A stretch of 63,365 bases of DNA, counting the filler, from Atractiella rhizophila (Eukaryota): assembly GCA_021432655.1 (NCBI GenBank). It is 32 parts of 32 records of this genome, joined end to end, with 100 filler letters (N's around TTAATTAATTAA, not from the genome) between each part and the next. Parts side by side here need not be neighbours in the genome. Positions count along the whole stretch, not along the records: positions 36,105 to 37,984 come from MU272835.1; positions 38,085 to 39,950 come from MU272836.1; positions 40,051 to 41,914 come from MU272837.1; positions 42,015 to 43,877 come from MU272838.1; positions 43,978 to 45,837 come from MU272839.1; positions 45,938 to 47,795 come from MU272840.1; positions 47,896 to 49,749 come from MU272841.1; 25 more parts are not named here. One strand, 5' to 3'. A program made the translations under genes and the position numbers. Each line of letters begins with the position of its first letter. The first letter of the stretch is position 1. Positions 36,105-49,749 of this stretch are shown here, in pieces. Below the pieces are notes generated by a model. The model saw nothing but the letters and a program-made list of their open reading frames with translations. It was not told where the DNA came from and did no database searches.

Positions 36105-37753
36105 AAATGTTTCAGTACCCTTCTGCTCGTAGTGACCGTGAATAAGAAAAGCATACCGGAAGAGTGGACACATGAACATTCTTATGGATAACCACTCTGC
36201 TGTCATCCTTGTTCGTTGTGGAAGGGGAAGACTGGTGAAAAGGGTCGTCCACCAAGATCAGTTTCCGGTACAAAAGATTAAAGAGGAGGCAAAGCCCGTC
36301 TAAAGCAGCGGGTTAGACAACCGTTAGAGAAAGAAAGCCGTCTTACAAAGCCGTCCCAGGGATTGTCCTACAGCAGTGGACGCGTTGGTGTTGTTATTGC
36401 GTACAAAGAGAACTGCGATCAAGTATAAGTCATTTTTGTGCAAAGTGAGGGCTCACTTACTGAAAGCTGCCAATGCTGTCATGGCAGAATAAAATTAGCG
36501 CTTGCTTGCAAAGAGCGTGCAAAACGAACAGGCAAGAGATGTAACAAAACCTAGTATACATTAGCCTTAGTTACATGCACTGCGAGTAGACATACCTGTT
36601 TCAATAGCGTGCCCAGTTATCTGCACCGTTAGCGATCGTCGATCCTCAGAAATAACCCGTCTTTTACTTTGGATGAGGTACCAGATCAAGGCGCCGCAAA
36701 TGGAAATGTCTAGTTCCAAAGTGAGCTTAGAAAGTATTGTTCCCCTCAGTGAGCGGATTGCTGACCTGTGGCTGCCTTCGTGCAAAACCAAACTCTGGCA
36801 GAAGAGGATAAGCCATTTCCTTCGAATGCTCTGGCAAGGGACGACGAACATGACCTGAGGAATAATTTTATTCCTGTCCAAGTAAGACGTATATCGGAGA
36901 ACGGCAACGCAGACGGCTAGAGTAGGTATCAGAGACATTGCTTTCTTAAAAAATCGCCACAGACCAATGTTTCCTCCGAACTGTGAACAATGTCAGTATC
37001 CCATAAATCGCTCGAAGACAAACATACGGAGACTAGGGTCAGTAGAGCGAGAACGATGGACACAAAGTTGTTCGAGCTTAATTGCCAGTATCTATGGCAC
37101 AGGTAGGTCTGGACGATCAGGGAAGTGACAGCGGTAGAAATGAGGTAAGCTGGCGCCAGCCAGATCAGAGGCATAACGCGTAAGAGTGGAGAACGAACTT
37201 GGGATGGGCCAATGCTGGACACACGATCAGCAACAGTGTGACCCATTCGAAAGGAATAAACACACTTGCGTCGCGAGGTATGCGTCCTCTGAAGAAATGT
37301 CAATTCCCAGCAGTGTACGAGAAACCAAAACTCACGACCCCAATGCGATATGGTGTACTGTATGTTTGGTCAGTTGCGCTCGGCTTCAATTTGGAAATGC
37401 AAACATCGTAAACACCTGTCTGTTACTCAGTTTAACGACAAGCTAGGTCAAGGAAAGCACACCAATCTGGCTGGCAATAGTACAAAGTGTGTCCGACACA
37501 CCCACCTGGCATTTTCTTAGTCCTTTTTCAGATGGGATATGAAAGACCGCACCAAGACTACAGCGATCTGGAGGACAACAAAATCGCTAGTCCATTTCTT
37601 GAAATAAAGATAGGCAAGGGCCATCTCAAATGCCCAAAGCGCTGTATTGACCCATGATCCGATCACTATTATGCCCACAATGTCAATGTAAAGCCATTCA
37701 ATGGATATAAAGTACTCACAAAGAGTACCTGCAGTATCTTCAACAAGGGTCAT
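36105..37753 (-). CDS. Multi-pass membrane protein, DUF6534-type basidiomycete family, multi-exon, 3'-truncated
   Basis: IVIGSWVNTALW..AYLYFKK..D, IVQTYLCHRYWQLS and DISICGALIWYL..I..AIETG; hydrophobic exons. Confidence 0.7.
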
Positions 37754-40700
37754 GATCTATGGTATCAACAATCTATTTAATGCTGGTATCTATCTCACTC
37801 TCCAACTAACGGTCTAGAAGAAGGGGTAGGTCGATTTCGTTGCTTATAAGGGCTGAAGAGATGAAGCTGCAATCTCAGCAGAATGCTTCGCCTCCTTCGC
37901 GCATTCGGCGCCATCAATGTGACAATGTTTGATGACGATCCTACACATACTTAGTTGCGAGGGAAGACTGTAAAACAATATTCCNNNNNNNNNNNNNNNN
38001 NNNNNNNNNNNNNNNNNNNNNNNNNNNNTTAATTAATTAANNNNNNNNNNNNNNNNNNNNNNNNNNNNNNNNNNNNNNNNNNNNGACAAGTCCGAAAACA
38101 AAATAAGTTAACAATGGGATGAATTGGAAGCGTGATTATCATATTTACGTGTGCTCCATTGCGATGTGTCAATTTCAACCAGCTTGAGGTTCTGCGTTTC
38201 AAAATGTCAATCTGAACATTCATCTCAAAGGACCATTTTTCATATATACCTCGGTTCAGCACCAGCACACTTCAACGTCCAACACCCTGTGAGAACGTTG
38301 TGACTATCATAGCGTTGCATCTCTCGTCTGGAGTGAAATGGGAAGGTTTCAATGTCGCAAGTCACCCAGTGCCTCGTCGCCCCAGGTTCCAATCCGTTGC
38401 GTGATCAGAGCATCTTTTTGGGAGGTTGAAATCACTGAACTGAACGGTCATGCTTATGATTATTGCACGCACGGCGCTTCATCGAGTCGGCGAGGTCTGC
38501 ATGGCACTTGCCTACCTTATGTCCATCACTATTCTCTCAGGATGATTAATGCCATTGATCCTACTACCGCGCATGCACCCATCTGCAAGCTATACCGTTC
38601 ACCAAAAAGAACATCATTGTCACGCAATAAACACGGCAAACAATCAGGAGTATAAACTGGTGCGAACACTCGTCCATTCTCCGTCGAGGCTTTCAAAAGC
38701 TCTTTTCTCTCAACCAGGGATTATTCTCTCAATGGGGTCGATACCGAAGAGGATTGGGAGAAGACAGTTCGTTTGAATCTGTTGTCTGCGCTGACCAAAT
38801 ACCAAGATTGCACAAAGGAAGGTAAGGGATAGTGCTGAAGTGTAGACTGAGACCAATCTGCCTCTATCAAAGTTGAAACATTAAATGTTTCGAACTTAGT
38901 GCAATCCGTCATCGGCATCTTCAAGCTTGCTGAAAGCATCGAGATGGCAGTGTTTTGCACTCCAGAGATTGAGCCATTTATATTAAAGTGTCACGACAGT
39001 GGCGAGAGAAATGTTGAGAAGGCAAAGAGTCATAGGTCTTGCAGTGAACAATGATGTGTCCATGCCGGTACTGGCTTATCTCCCAACACAGATATCAGGT
39101 CACATTAAATGTTGGTAGAGGCCATCGAAGACAGCTTGGTAGTTTGCAGCTTGACAAGTTGGAGTGCCAAGGCGAGACATTCATCGTGGAGAAGCCTGTT
39201 TCAGAAGCATCTGGTTGGCTAGGGTAGCATTCTTCAAGCTCAAAGGCCGTAAAGTGTTCCCCTCTGTCAAGTAGAGAAAGTTTGCTTGTGCCGGCACCGT
39301 TTTGAAAAGTAATGGCAGTTCAAACGAGGTGCAGCCAACCGTGCAACTGACATTCCGAGAAAAGGCGTGCTTGACGCGTGGAAACAGCAAAAATGGCGTC
39401 CAAAGCTCCACGCAGCAGGATCAACCACTGATATCAACCTGTTCTTGGCTCCAATGATCATCCCCGGCGTTCGGGCCTTCCAGCGACGGCTGACGACGCC
39501 GTCGTCCCAATCATCTGCGTGATCAAGCGAAGAGCAGCTCCATTATGGAGCGTAACTTTCGAAGGTATAGAGTAGTTTGATCCACATACTTGAGGGATAG
39601 ATGATTGCAGATATTGCCCACCTGCAAGGAAGACACTTGCAATTCGTCGCATGTGAAGCTCCATCGTTGCCTCCAAGCGAGTCTGTAACCCTCGGAGTGA
39701 CTGTTTTTTCATGAAAGCAATAAGATGGGGTCTCCCAAGTGAACCAATGCTCTCGTATCTTCATCTCTAGGGAAAGGACTTCGCATAGAAGGATTCCATA
39801 GCTTGCGTCCAGCCAAACAGTAAGAGTCCCTGCGCTGCGACTGTAAGACCAGCCCCGCACCAGCTTGATTAAAGTGCGACGAGGGCAGCGAACTAGCTTG
39901 TTGTCCAGAGATCAAGCGAGAAAACGCAGAGGAACGAACGCGGCGCTGAANNNNNNNNNNNNNNNNNNNNNNNNNNNNNNNNNNNNNNNNNNNNTTAATT
40001 AATTAANNNNNNNNNNNNNNNNNNNNNNNNNNNNNNNNNNNNNNNNNNNNACCTCTTCTTCCTGCCTATATACTTTTGGTCCCTATCAAATAGTAGTGAA
40101 GCCAAATCCTGGCAATGGAGTGATGGAGTAAGGGAGATGAGTTGACGGGTTGGTTATATAAGATTGATCTGACAAAGGAAGGAGATTCGCGCGGTTTTTG
40201 ATAAGGGAACAGCGGCAAGTGGCAAAGATTAGGTCCTTGGAAGACCTGAAAGCAAAGAGACGCAAACAACTCGTGGATGCTGCCAGCCATTTATTCGATG
40301 ACCTTGTTCCAATCAGGAGGAAGAAGCAAAGCCAACAAGGCCTACGATGACCTCAAGGACAAAGGCCTTGTTGATGTAAAATTCGCCATCGTTCGGCCGA
40401 CATAAAAGCGCAACAAGAGTGGCGAAGAGAATTGTGAACGACCATTATGATACTGAGCACTGAGGTATACAGTAAGCGACATAAGGGCCAAACATTTGTC
40501 AGTTTAAAGGGAAGGGCCAACAGTTGAAGAAACGCATGGCGACTTGGGCGTTAGTCCTCCCATATAACTCTACCCCCCCCCCCCACTTGCAAATCTCGTT
40601 CTGGCATGCAGAGGATTCGAATGGATTAGCCTACAGAAGGAAGGAGATCGTTGATTTATTTCTCGCTTTGAAGTCAGAGAGGGGCACATACACTTTCGCA

Positions 40701-42014
40701 TTTGCGCTCCCCAGCCAATTTCCTTCAACGGCCGGCCGCGCCGACAAGTGATGCTGAAGGTGACAATTACGAAGGAGCCTCCCAATTTCAGGAGGAAATT
40801 CAGTGACGGAGGTGGCAGATGCCAAGTTTGGAACGATGATCCTTTCGACACGGAGTACGAGAATTGTGGAGTTGAAGTTCTCACTATCTGTTCGATGTTG
40901 CACAGTTTCAACACCGCTGTCAGAGTTTGGCGCCATTTTAAGCTGCATTTGTGCCACTATCATTTGTGGCTCTAGTTTTCTTTCCCCTTGCCGTTTCTCT
41001 CATTTTGCCGAGTTCCTCAAGGTATAAAAAGGGGTGCCAGAATTGTTCGTTGGAGCACCAGAGAAATTGTATTCAACGAGCGTTTTCAATTCGAGAAATC
41101 CGAACACTTCATGACATTCTAGGATTCCAACCTTAACTAGCATGCACGTCATCAAGTCATCAAGCCCATATCCGAATATGTTTAAGTTCGTCGCTTCAAT
41201 GCCATTCATGTTTTGACTGCAGATAGCTTTGACCATTGGGGAGCCCTGGGTTCGGAGAGGAGTAGGAAGTAAATGGAATTGAAAGGGAGAAAAATCTGGT
41301 CAAATGGCCAAGGCGACTAACCCACGGGGCCACGTATCTACAATCAAAATGGAGAGCTTCAGGACCTTCCGGTCCTAAAAAGCTCGTTAATATGACTTCA
41401 TCATCGTCATGACCATCGGGGAGCTGCGCTGGTTTTTTCTCCACCATCACGTGGTTCACCTGAAAGTGAAATTGTTGAATGCTCGCATTGCCTCATAACA
41501 TACTGGCACTGAGTGTGGCAAAATCTCAAGGGATAGTTCGAAATGAAAAATAAAAGCATCACCACTGACGATACCGCTTGTTCGATTCGCTCTTCGACCG
41601 GTCCTGGCCCACTTCCTCCATCGCCTTTCTTTTTGCTGCTACTGAGGAGGATTCAGCTCCTATGCATGTTGCGGAGGAGATGAGAGCACTGCAATAGATC
41701 AATGGGACAAACGAAAGGTGCAGGAGACAAGACAAACGTAGAGGCAGTGTTTGCAAAGTTAACGGTGGCTGGCTGTGGAAAATTGAACTTCAGGTCCGAT
41801 GCTAAATCAGGCTTCCACAACTTGAACGGGTGGTGAGGCATCTGTCGTTGTTCCTTGCCCACTGTCTCTGCTTCGCCATCTACATCTGCCCCTCCATCCT
41901 CTCCAGACTCTTCGNNNNNNNNNNNNNNNNNNNNNNNNNNNNNNNNNNNNNNNNNNNNTTAATTAATTAANNNNNNNNNNNNNNNNNNNNNNNNNNNNNN
42001 NNNNNNNNNNNNNN

Positions 42015-43560
42015 TTCTGAATGGAGAAGAGGAGGGAGAGGAGGAGGAACCATCCGAAGACAGCTGAACAGAGGATGGAGATGATAATCCCTTGCGGAGC
42101 GCGAAGGGCAGCGTTATGTGTTTCTTCTGAAAGGTGAGCGGAGGCATCGAAGCCGGTCATGGTGTACTGAGCAACGAGGATACCTATCCGACATCACATA
42201 AGCCTCTGTTTCTCTTGACAGAGATGGAAGAGAGGGGAGAGGGTCATACCTATGACTGCCACATAAGCCTTGCTGGCCCGCTGTCCCCATCCCACTCCGT
42301 CTTCTCCAACTCCAGTCGCATCAACAAACTTCCCAAACACGAAGCTAGCACTTTGAAGCTTTGGAGCTTTCGCCAGGACCGCAACAGCGATACTGAATAT
42401 GCCGGCGCTGTGGAACACGACGGAAGCGTTGTTGAGGTATTTGAGGAGGTGGACGCCGAAGGTGTTGATTAATCCTTTTCATCCAGGACGGAGTCAGTTT
42501 AGTGAAGGAGGAAGAGTTGGGAAGGATGCAGGGAGAGCACCTTGCGAGACCAGCACTCCTGCATAAATACCAATGACATGTCTACTGTTAGGCTCAAATC
42601 CGGTATGCTATCCATCCCTCAATGCTTGCACTCTGCGAAATCATAATAGTAAGACGTACTAGTGTCTATATCATGCACAAAATAGTCAGACAAGCGGGCG
42701 GCTCGATGGTGAGAGTAAAGCATACCGCGGTTGTTGCGATGAAGTTGGAGCATCCACTATAACCTCTTCTCAGCATCCTCAATGCTGGTACAGCGATCGA
42801 CATACTAAGATATCCCAGTGGTCACCGCAACTTGCCCTAAAAGCTGTACCCGAGACATGAGCACGAACTCCAGGCGAAGGCAAGAAAGACAGACATTAAA
42901 CCATCCTGTGATCCAAGCTGCAATCGCAGACTGTCCTGGAGATGCAAGCATGGCAGACCAAACTGTTGCACACCACGCAAAGTATTCCTCAGAGTGTATC
43001 TGGAAAAGGAGAAACGGAGAGACGCGAACAGTATGGACCTCCAGAAGTAGGAATGGAAGAACAGATCTCAGCCATCGCCAGTCCGACGATGAGAGTGAAG
43101 AAGGCGACGATTATCCAGCTTATCGACATTACCGCTTCATTGCAGGTTGCAGACAGGTTAGCCTCTCATCATCGAAGGAAAAGTAAGGGACAGACCTGGT
43201 CCGCCGGTTGTGAGACCATAGAGGAAGAGAGTTGATATCCCCGCTATTGGTTTGGTCAGTATGGAGAGAATGAGGAAGAGAGGCGGGCACACTGATAACG
43301 GAGATGATTGAGAAGGAGACGCCAAAGTTTTGCCTGCCCTCCAATCAAATGTTAGTTTACTACATCTTTTAGATTTCGAAATAGAATATGAAGCGAGCGA
43401 GAATGAAAAGAGAATCAAGGAGCAAGTAGAGAAGGATAGAGAAGAATGAGGAAACGCACAACAAAGACCAATCCCTCTTCAACTCCTGCTTGTATCCCAA
43501 CCGAGCAAGCTCAGCTTCATCATCTGTAATAACAGCCTTTTTATCCGTGTCGTGTGACAT
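42015..43560 (-). CDS. APC-superfamily amino acid/GABA/polyamine permease (Uga4/Tpo5-like), multi-exon, 3'-truncated
   Basis: LARLGYKQELKR, NFGVSFSIIS, GLTTGGP, MAEICSSIPTSGGPY, AWITGWF and TGFDASAHLSEETHNA. Confidence 0.93.
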
Positions 43561-43989
43561 TTCCAAACTGCAATCACTCCAAAATGCGAACTAGGACGGA
43601 AACCGGAGAGGAGAGGTAGGGAGGGAACAGAGGAAGTGTTTTAAAAGGTCCATAATGCTTATCTTCGGAAGTCCACACCCGAAGCACAGAGTTAATTGAT
43701 GGATGAACAGAGCGCATGATGATAAGGCTGCACTAAGAGCATGAGCCCATAAAGTTTACAAAGTCGGGGACCGTTGAACGCGATCCGGTGGAGGAGAACT
43801 TTATTGTAATGCTTTCAAGTTGAGCAGCTGTGGGCTCTCATCAGCTGATGTACTTCTCACAGCAGAAGTAATACAGCNNNNNNNNNNNNNNNNNNNNNNN
43901 NNNNNNNNNNNNNNNNNNNNNTTAATTAATTAANNNNNNNNNNNNNNNNNNNNNNNNNNNNNNNNNNNNNNNNNNNNAGAAATGGCGTA

Positions 43990-44599
43990 CATTACTTAGA
44001 CCACCTTTCTTCTCCCTCTCCGCCCTCATATCTTCTACCTCCTTAGGGATAGCAAAGAGCGATCCGCTGCTCTCGCTCTCGCTCATGCTTTCCTTCTTTC
44101 CCTTCTTTCCGAACGCTAGCACCGCGACTGGGACATCAGGTTTTGTCGAGCTCTTGCTCCGACCCCACATCTTCCCTCCACCTGCGAACTTCAGATCTTT
44201 TGACTGAGGAGGAGGAAGGGAGGTAGATGCAGAGACGGGAGATGAGGTGGGGAAGGCTACTCCGCCACTCCTCTCCTCGTTGCCGTTAGCGTTAGGGAAC
44301 GTCCCTGCTTCACGGTTCGCGTTGTTACCGTTTGCAATCTTCGGTGCCAAAGCAGCCTCTACCGGAACAGTCCCGAGAGTGTTGGACCTGTCGCGTTTTC
44401 CTGGGTTGTTGAAGCGGGAGAAGATGCCGAAAAATGGCTGCGAGCTGGAGGAGGTCATGCCCTCCTTGTGTGACGGAAGAGTTGGGGAGCTGGGAAGAGT
44501 CGGAGAGGTGGGAGAGGTAGCGGATGCAAGTTTGCCATTAGAGAGGGAGTTAGATGAAGAGGAAGATGTGAGATGTTGCTTCTTTCGAAATGGGATCAT
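43990..44599 (-). CDS. Hypothetical protein, Ser/Pro-rich disordered first exon
   Basis: About 200-codon ORF from MIPFRKK, ending at a GTACGC donor near the contig end. Confidence 0.55.
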
Positions 44600-47500
44600 G
44601 ATTTTCTGTTCGCGCGGTGGGTGGTGGCAATCGCAGTCAATACCGATATCTGAAAGAGGAGAAAGGGAGGGGCACCCACAAAGTAATTTTATACTGTTAT
44701 AAAGATATTGTTGTACACCTTGAAAATCCAAGAAGTATTATGAGGTCTAGTTGAATACCTAGGCCCAAATCGACGCGTTAATCAATCTGCAACGGGTCAC
44801 GCCGAGACGGAGGCCAGATAGTAAAGCTTCGGAGCAGCACTCCTCAACACCAAAACCACAAACCCCAAGTTCTCTTGTGAGACAGGAATGCAAAGACCTG
44901 GCAGGGAAGAAAGAAAGGAACCCCTATCTCTTCCCATCGTAACAGGAACCCAACTGACCTTCTACCAACCAGATTTTGCCTGAAAATGTAAATGTGCCAA
45001 CCAATAAACCAAAATTCAATCGCCGCAGTGGATCCTTGGTAAGCTACAAGACAACACAACCGTAGGAATACCTAGAGAGTGAAATATCGTCGTCGTTCGC
45101 ACGAATAATCGAACGGGAAGCAATTGAGGGAACACGTAGATGCTAAGTCAACCGCAGCTGGGAGCGTCAAGAAAACCACCATCTGAGCGCCATCTGTTAG
45201 TTATATGCTCCACAAAACCGCCATGCAAGGTACTTACTTATCTTATTAGTCGCGATGACTATGTGATGTGCTCGTGGGGATGCAGCATTTCAGCGTACGT
45301 TTTCTCGTTGATAGGGCAATCGATAAACGGTAGCGTTTTAATTGAGCCAAAGTGGCTGTAAGCCAGCAACTCGACCTCGTCTTCAGGGTGGAGGAGGCCT
45401 TGTTGGATTTATGAAAATGTATTGAGGATTCAAGTATGAATATGAATAGCTGTAGCCTCGCTGTAGCAGCAAAGACGTTTGTAAAGTATCTATGTCACCA
45501 GATAACAACACTCTGTCGGACCCAACTGAGATGTTCCTTGGTGCTGGCACACATATAGTTGCACCAAGTGCAAAACTCTTTGAGTGTTGCTTTAACACCC
45601 TGCCCTTCAGTAATTCTCTACTCAAGCTGCCAGTTAGATCACGCACATGAGCTACGTCAAAGATGGCTGTCACCTTTCTGATCTTGTTCTGTTGGGATCT
45701 GCATAGGACCCGTCAGTCACTGCGCGTAGATTTGTCAAACTTACTAGTTCCAATGGCTGGATATTGGATATAGGACCGTTTATCTAGAAGTATAAAGCTA
45801 ACATATAAAGTCGAGCCATGATCCGATAACTTGTTTGNNNNNNNNNNNNNNNNNNNNNNNNNNNNNNNNNNNNNNNNNNNNTTAATTAATTAANNNNNNN
45901 NNNNNNNNNNNNNNNNNNNNNNNNNNNNNNNNNNNNNGTCTTGATACATTTTGAGGAATCCAATGGCGAAAAGGAAGACGATGATAGCAACGATCCGTTC
46001 TGACAATGTGCAACGAGTCAGCCTCGGCTGCCGTTTGGTAGGATGTAGGATGGGAGAGAGGGTTGAGGTTGACATCCTAAGGTTTTCCAAGTGGGGAGGC
46101 ATTTTCGAACCGTCTTCCCAAAGTCCTTCCACGCCATCCTCTTCCATCCACTGCAAAGAGAAGTCTCCAATGACGTCCACTCATTTCTCATCTCCCCTTT
46201 ATCGATATCCTTGTTACAAAACCACTATAGACCTCAAGCTGTTTTATTGTTGAGTTACTGCGACAAATCTTGGTTTCTGAGTCGGTGGAGGGACGAGGAG
46301 TGATACTGCCAGCAGAATCGAGGATTGTCTCCCTTGGCAGGTCATTGAATCTTGAAATAAGTTCCGAATCTTGATGCCCCGTTCCTGTATTCGTAACTGC
46401 CCCTGGCCTGTCCGTTCCTACGAACCGCCTGGAGGTGGAGTGCTGGAGTAAAGTTGGAGGCGGCCGACGATCCACGAGAAGGGAGACCCGACAGGTTGCT
46501 CGATTGGAGAGACGGAGATTGAGGCGGAACCGTGCATGGTGGACGGGAAGGAGGGACGCTGGCCACTCAAATCTCCCTCCACTCCCAAGTGGAAGAGATT
46601 CCGTCTGGGAGCGCGGCGTGCGTGTTGATGGGACAATCGGATAGTTTGGAGAGGGAGAAGCGGGTGCCCGGCTTCTGTTACTTCTGCTTCTTCGGCTCAG
46701 GACCTATTGCGTATGCCGGAGGGGGTTCTAGGGTCAGCGAATGGTTGGGAGAGGGTTTGATTGGAGTGACATTTTGTTTTACGGTCGGTACGTGGAATCG
46801 ATGGCGGTGGATGGAGACGTAGCAGGAAAGAGGAACCGTCATCAAAAGCATTTCCTGATACATGCAGCGTCAGTTTCCGAATCCATCCGGTAGCAGCGCA
46901 AAAGCAATGCAGACCTGAACAAGAAATGACAATCCCGCGAAAGATGCACTCCGACAAACTGGACGACGAAAGGGAGTTGGCGATGGAGAAGGGGATCGCG
47001 TTCTACGCCTCCCACGGCGATGGTGACGAAGACCATTGCAAGGTAGCGTGGCGAGGAAGTCTTGCATTCCGATGCCGTTTGTGGTTGACATGCGTTGATT
47101 TGCGAATAATGTTTGAAACTTGAAGGGCAACAGAGAGCATCAGGCGTGCTATCTGTCAAATTCCCTTGGGATGGTCGGTTGTCGAGAGTCTGAGTCTGGC
47201 CATCGCCGTCAATCTCAGTTTGTCTTAGAACGGAACCATGATTTCATGTCTCGACACTCTGACCTCATCACAGACATGAATATTCTGTGGGCATCCAGCA
47301 CTGCTTCCGCGAGTCTTTTCACTTTGGATAAGGTCGCAGATCGTCGACGTTGTCGCACAGCTGCTTCCTGCTCCATTGCATGGCATTAGTGTTGTGGAGA
47401 GAAAAGAGTGTAAAATAAGAAAGACGGACAACAACTTCAACGAGCATAACCTTCCCAGCTCCATCTCCCCATGGTTACTCGGCAACCAGTGAGCACTCAG

Positions 47501-47895
47501 TACTCAATCCTTGTCTTATCACATCATCCTCGCTAGTAGTCCTGGCTCCGAAAGCAGTAGCACCGATACTGCACCGGCTCTCTCCCATACCGCCTCCTAA
47601 CTCAAAACCATTTCCTCCTCGAGACCCTCCTCAATCTTCCTAATCCTCTCGTCCAGCCATTCCTTCGACATCAGATCTCCATCTCTACGTCTGCACCCGC
47701 TTTCCATCGATCCCCTGCTTCCCCTCAATTCCGGAATCTTGCTCATCACCACTCCTAGACAGTAGAGAATGAGGAAGCGTGCCCTTTCGTCGACTNNNNN
47801 NNNNNNNNNNNNNNNNNNNNNNNNNNNNNNNNNNNNNNNTTAATTAATTAANNNNNNNNNNNNNNNNNNNNNNNNNNNNNNNNNNNNNNNNNNNN

Positions 47896-49749
47896 CAGTC
47901 GTGGCACTTCAACTTCCTGGTATGTCCTTAAGATCGACTATTCCAGTCACATCTTCAATTCCTATGCTACCTCCACTACTTACTCCTTGGGTGATTCCTC
48001 CGTCTACAGCGCCTGTCCCCATAACTGCGAAGCTCTCTACAGCCCCGGCAGTCATAGTACCTGTTCTTCCATCTACCTACGCGTTTGATGGGGACCAAGA
48101 GATAATTGTGGATCTGGCAGATCCTCTGAATCTGGATATTATGGATGAGATGGAAATGGATGAAACAGAGGATCGCATCGATTACCAATGGAAGAGGAAG
48201 CGGTCTGACTTTTTCTTCAAGGATGATGACGGAGTAGAGATTCACATTGCAACTGCAGTCAGGTATATTATGAATGCTGCCTGGGTGGAGTTGAGCTCGG
48301 ACCGAGAGGGGGAGTATAAGGGAAAACTTAAGTATGGAACTGGGCTGAATGCGGATCTCATCGTCCGCAACGAAACATGGAAGAAGGATCCAAACCTCCT
48401 TCATCATGGAAACCTCATAGCCACCTTACTCAACGTTGGACAGGAATTTGCACTCGCCATATTCGTGTTTGATTCCTGTAAGAGTTTTGGTGCAGTGGGG
48501 GATTTCATTCCTCGCTCAAAAACTCGTAATCCTGCTTTCTCAACCCCTTTACGAGTGCGGCTTCTCCAACTCACCCCCAATTCAACTTCAACAGTTTCTG
48601 CAACTCAGTCATCAGCAACCCACGAAACCCAGTGGCAGTGGAACCACCAATATGTTCCAGTTGCAGATGCATCATCGTCATCCACCACCTTTCGTGAAGC
48701 ATTTGACGTCTCATCCCAACACGTCATACCATTAACGGCAGATAAGGACTTTACGATTCAATCATCCACGGATCTGAATGGAAATGTTCGCTTGACATGG
48801 GTCTTTGAGCAGTTCAAGTTAGACTCCGTGTTACACCATGTCTTCAATCACGCATGCAAACTTGACCAAGACATACAATGTTTCTGCTGCCGTGGCACAT
48901 ACCCTTGTGAGTTTGGTAAGTATTCCTGATTATGGTTGTATTTTACATACTGAAACATAAGCTGGGAGAGCAACGGTTATGCCTGTCATCATCGGACTCT
49001 ACTCCTTCGTTCAGCTTCAAACTTCTACAAGGTTAAACCATGCAAGATACCCGGCTGTAAAGCCATTGTTAAGCTAAACCACATGCGATCGCATGTGGCT
49101 GCCCATATTCTTAGCTTTCTCCATCCGGGCCACTGTGAACAACCTTCTCACCTCATTCCATAGAATGTGTGCTTGCACAGGTACCGTCTCCTTTGTCTAG
49201 ACACACTTCATCATCTGTACAGATGCTGGATAACGGGCCAATGGAGATGGCGATGGGGAATGATGAGTTCGACCCCTCCCTTCCATCAGTGATCCACTCC
49301 ATGTCGGAGGAGCAATTGGACAAAGAGGGTAATGAAGCAGCAATGATCCTTGCGGCCTTTGATTGGTGAGTGTCAGGTTACGGCATGTTTGGTTTCGTTT
49401 CAATGTACCCTCAAGCTGATGGCAAAAGGCTAGATTTCCCCTTGTGCTTCTCAGCTGCCTCTTACAACGTACCACAGGCCTGTCTTCTGATATACTTAAC
49501 ACTATGAACTCTAAACTTGGGCATCAAAAATTCACGATATCCCAGAAAAGCCAAGCCCCCCCCCCGAGGTCCGTGGAATATCCAGGTTTTGAACACCTGC
49601 TGTGCGGAATATCCGATACCGAAGATATGCCAAACCACTATCGCTCGGACGTGTAGTGATAAGCTCAACCTTCCTAAGCCTAGACGAATCTCCCATCTTG
49701 ACTGCATTTCTGCAACGACCGACTGAGAAGGAGCAGCAAGAGGAGCTTT
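47896..49749 (+). CDS. Uncharacterised protein fragment with C2H2-like zinc finger, degenerate at 3' end; possibly transposon-derived
   Basis: 342-codon ORF to 48929, then CKIPGC..NHMRSHVAAHIL (about 49040-49112) and further Cys/His pieces. Confidence 0.5.

Noticed and set aside
38085..41914. Two contigs with many short ORFs
   Set aside because: No consistent spliced model or recognisable motif could be built; left unannotated.
45938..47795. Overlapping short ORFs and a possible transmembrane C-terminus
   Set aside because: Frames could not be joined convincingly and no family was recognised.
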